DNA of 64,000 bases, from positions 32,001 to 96,000 of the forward strand of contig CAVRZA010000004.1 of the NCBI GenBank assembly GCA_963725665.1. Direction: 5' to 3'. Positions 60,972 to 64,000 of this stretch are shown one piece after another. Made by a program: the position numbers and the translations under genes. The notes below the pieces were generated by a model that saw only the letters and a list, made by a program, of their open reading frames with translations, was not told the DNA's origin and searched no databases. The stretch is from an uncultured Actinomycetes bacterium (GTDB taxonomy: Bacteria; Actinomycetota; Thermoleophilia; UBA2241). Each line of letters starts with the position of its first letter. Within the stretch, counting starts at the first letter, position 1.

Positions 60972-63101
60972 ATGCCAGCCGAAGGACTACTCTCTGGCAG
61001 GGCGACCTCTGACGGCGCCGTTTTCGCTGCCGAGTACCCCGCGCCCGAGCCCAGCGACGCCGAGCAGATCGCTTTGGCGGGGCTCAACCCGGAGCAGCAG
61101 CGGGCCGCGGCCGACGGCCGCGGCCCGCTGCTCATCGTCGCCGGCGCCGGCACGGGCAAGACGGCCACGCTGGCGCACCGCGTCGCCTACCTGATCGCCG
61201 GCGGGATCGACCCGCGCCGCCTCCTCCTGCTCACCTTCACCCGTCGCGCGGCGGGTGAGATGCTGCGCCGCGTCGACGGCCTCCTGAGATCGCGCGCCGG
61301 CAACGGCGGCGCGGCGGGCGCCGGGGAGCGCGTGTGGGGCGGCACCTTCCACGCCATCGCCGCCAGGCTGCTGCGCCTGCACGCGCGCGACCTGGGCATG
61401 GAGCCCGACTTCACCATCCTCGACCGCGGCGATGCCGAGGACCTCCTGCACGTGGCGCGCACCCAGCTCGGTCTCGGGAGCGGAGGGACGCGCTTCCCGC
61501 AGAAATCGACCTGCCTCGACATCTACTCCCGCTGCGTCAACGCTCAGCTCGCCCTCGGGGAGGTCCTTCCGGCGATCTTCCCCTGGTGTCGCGACGCCGA
61601 GGCCGACCTCAGCCGCCTCTTCGCCCGCTACACGGACCTCAAAGAAGAGCAGCAGGTGCTCGACTACGACGACCTGCTTCTCTTCTGGCACGGGCTCCTG
61701 CGCGACCCGGTCGCCGGCGCGCGCGTGCGCGAGCGCTTCGACGCCGTGCTCGTCGACGAGTACCAGGACACCAACGTGCTGCAGGCCGAGATCGTCTCGC
61801 TGCTGCGGCCCGACGGCTCGGGCGTGACGTGCGTCGGCGACGACGCGCAGGCGATCTACGGCTTTCGCGCCGCCACGGTGCGCAACATCCTCGACTTCGA
61901 GCAGCGCTTCCCCGGCGCCGCGGTGCTGACGCTCACCCAGAACTACCGCTCGACCGGCCCCATCCTGGCGGCGACCAACGCCATCATCGCCGAGGCCGCC
62001 GAGCGCCGAGAGAAGGAGCTCTGGACCGGCCGCGACGGTGGCGGCCGGCCGGTCCTCGTCACCTGTCGCGACGAAGACGAGCAGACGGCCTGGTTGTGCG
62101 AGCACGTCCTCGAGCACCGCGAAGAGGGCACGCAGCTCAAGCGCCAAGCCGTGCTCTTCCGCGCCCAGCACCACTCGATGGCGCTCGAGCTCGAGCTGTC
62201 ACGGCGCAACATCCCGTTCCGCAAGTACGGCGGCCTGCGCTTCGTCGAGACGGCGCACGTCAAGGACCTGGTGAGCTTCCTGCGTCTGGCCGAGAACCCG
62301 CGCGACGGCATGGCCGGTCTGCGGGTCCTCGGCCTCGTGCCCGGCATCGGTCCCAAGACGTCGGCCCTGCTGGCCGAGACGCTGGCGACGGCCGGCGGCG
62401 ACTTCGCCGCCTGGAGCGAGGTCAAGGTGCCCGAACCTGCAGGCAGCGTGTGGCCGGGGGTGGTCGAGCTTCTGCGGGCGCTCTCGGCCGCCGAGCCCGG
62501 CGAGGTGCCGGCTCAGGTGCACGCCGTGCGTAGCGTCTACGCGCCGCTGCTCGAGCGCCGCTACGACAACGTCACGGCGCGCCTGCGCGACCTGGAGCAG
62601 CTCGAAGGGCTTGCTTCACGCTCGCGCGACCGGGCACAGTTCCTCGCCGAGCTCGTGCTCGACCCGCCCTCCTACACGCAGGAGCTCGCCGGCCCGCCGC
62701 TGCTCGACGAGGACTACCTCGTGCTCTCGACCATGCATTCGGCCAAGGGGCTCGAGTTCGACGTCGTCTACGTGATCCACGCCGCCGACGGCAACATCCC
62801 CTCCGACATGGCCGCGGGTTCGGTCGAGGAGATAGAGGAGGAGCGCCGCCTCTTCTATGTCGCCTGCACGCGCGCGAGGAACCGCCTCTACGTGACGCAC
62901 CCGCTGCGCTACTACACGCAGCCCTGGGCCGCATCGGACAGACACGGCTACGCGCAGCGCTCGCGCTTCCTCACCGAGGCGGTGCTGCGGGAGTTCGTCG
63001 AGGCGCAGGCGGCTCCCGCGTCGCGTGGCGACGACGACGAGCCGCTCGAGAGGGCGACGACTGTGTCCATCCGCGCCGGCATCAGAGCGCTCTGGAGCTG
63101 A
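60972..63101 (+). CDS. UvrD/Rep/PcrA-family helicase
   Basis: AGAGTGKT, TFH, VDEYQD, VGDDAQAIYGFR, NYRS, TMHSAKGLEF, EERRLFYVACTRA. Confidence 0.93.
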   Translation: MPAEGLLSGRATSDGAVFAAEYPAPEPSDAEQIALAGLNPEQQRAAADGRGPLLIVAGAGTGKTATLAHRVAYLIAGGIDPRRLLLLTFTRRAAGEMLRRVDGLLRSRAGNGGAAGAGERVWGGTFHAIAARLLRLHARDLGMEPDFTILDRGDAEDLLHVARTQLGLGSGGTRFPQKSTCLDIYSRCVNAQLALGEVLPAIFPWCRDAEADLSRLFARYTDLKEEQQVLDYDDLLLFWHGLLRDPVAGARVRERFDAVLVDEYQDTNVLQAEIVSLLRPDGSGVTCVGDDAQAIYGFRAATVRNILDFEQRFPGAAVLTLTQNYRSTGPILAATNAIIAEAAERREKELWTGRDGGGRPVLVTCRDEDEQTAWLCEHVLEHREEGTQLKRQAVLFRAQHHSMALELELSRRNIPFRKYGGLRFVETAHVKDLVSFLRLAENPRDGMAGLRVLGLVPGIGPKTSALLAETLATAGGDFAAWSEVKVPEPAGSVWPGVVELLRALSAAEPGEVPAQVHAVRSVYAPLLERRYDNVTARLRDLEQLEGLASRSRDRAQFLAELVLDPPSYTQELAGPPLLDEDYLVLSTMHSAKGLEFDVVYVIHAADGNIPSDMAAGSVEEIEEERRLFYVACTRARNRLYVTHPLRYYTQPWAASDRHGYAQRSRFLTEAVLREFVEAQAAPASRGDDDEPLERATTVSIRAGIRALWS

Positions 63102-63247
63102 AAGCCGGGGAGGCGGGCGGCGGGCTTTCGCCGCCGCCCGCGAAGGTGAAGTCCCTGCTCCGCGCGGAACGCGGTGTGGCGCTGCCCGCAGAAGGGCATA
63201 CCTTCGGGAGGTGGAGGGGTCCTGGCTCACAGCCTCGGAGGTCCTGG

Positions 63248-63811
63248 ATGAAAGCCCTGGTAATCATCGACATGTTGAACGATTTCGTCGACGGCGCGCT
63301 GGCCAATCCGCGCGCGCAGGCGATCGTGCCGTCGCTCAAGCGGCTCCTTGATCACGCTCGGCACGAGGGCTGGGTGGTGGTCTTCTCCAATGACGCTCAC
63401 GAGCCCGGTGACCCCGAGATCGCCGTCTGGGGTGAGCATGGCATGGCCGGCACTCCCGGCGCCCAGGTCATCGCCGAGCTGGCGCCTCAGCCCGGAGGAC
63501 GCGAGATCGTCTCGCCGAAGCGCTTCTACGGCGCCTTCGACAGCACCGGCCTCGAGGAGCAGCTGCGTGCTCTCGGCGTGGACGAGGTCGTCCTCGCCGG
63601 GCAGCACACGCACATCTGTGTGCGTCACACCTCCTACGAGGCGTTCCGCCGCGGCTTCACCATCACGGTGGCCCGTGACGCCGTGTGCACCTTCGAGGGT
63701 GTCGACGAAGACCAGGCCCTGGACTATCTGCGCGGGGTGTACGGCGCGCGCATCACCACGGTCGACGAGCTGATCGGCGCCGCCGAGCCGGCACGCGGGG
63801 CGGTCGCCTAG
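63248..63811 (+). CDS. Isochorismatase/nicotinamidase-family cysteine hydrolase
   Basis: IIDMLNDF, KRFYGAF, GQHTHICVRHT. Confidence 0.9.
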   Translation: MKALVIIDMLNDFVDGALANPRAQAIVPSLKRLLDHARHEGWVVVFSNDAHEPGDPEIAVWGEHGMAGTPGAQVIAELAPQPGGREIVSPKRFYGAFDSTGLEEQLRALGVDEVVLAGQHTHICVRHTSYEAFRRGFTITVARDAVCTFEGVDEDQALDYLRGVYGARITTVDELIGAAEPARGAVA

Positions 63812-63891
63812 TCCCGGCGAAATGGTAGCGGTCGGCGTCCTTGGGCGAGGCTCGAGTGTCCCGGCGAGAGGAGCGGGACGCGGTGTAGGGC

Positions 63892-63937
63892 AGCGGGCGG
63901 GGGAGCGAGCGCTCTCGCGCTCGCTCCCCCGCCCGCT
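63892..63937. repeat. Perfect 21-bp-stem palindrome related to 58327-58369
   Basis: AGCGGGCGGGGGAGCGAGCGC-TCTC-GCGCTCGCTCCCCCGCCCGCT. Confidence 0.75.
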
Positions 63938-64000
63938 CCGCACCCGCCGGACAGTCACACTCGAGAAGCGGGGGAGCGCGGGCGAAGCGAAGGTCGCTAC

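Overview
High-GC (about 70%) bacterial DNA whose gene content suggests an Actinomycetota, possibly Thermoleophilia-like, genome (inference). Many genes carry single small frameshifts, most likely long-read assembly errors. The left half is metabolic: vapBC, a two-subunit CoA-transferase, cysK, a class III aminotransferase, an acyl-CoA dehydrogenase with fixCXAB, two CocE/NonD hydrolases around an Opp/Dpp ABC importer and an amidohydrolase, an MFS transporter, and a PhnD-like/ADH operon. The most notable region starts at a tRNA-Ile2(CAT) gene (31421-31497). Three copies of a 31-bp repeat resembling the tRNA 3' end follow it and divide the DNA into integrase-less modules of about 1.0, 2.8 and 1.0 kb. 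These carry arr, an ABC-2 exporter flanked by two RHH genes, and a low-GC DUF1801 gene. A fourth left end precedes a DUF4062-NACHT-propeller (NLR-like) gene coupled to a TPR-like gene, a candidate defence system. The right part holds an L,D-transpeptidase, an aadA-like gene, cspA with an RpoD-like sigma factor, a B12 radical SAM enzyme, two more TA systems, a YmdB-like phosphodiesterase, a UvrD-type helicase and an isochorismatase. Family names come from motif recognition by eye; no database searches were run.
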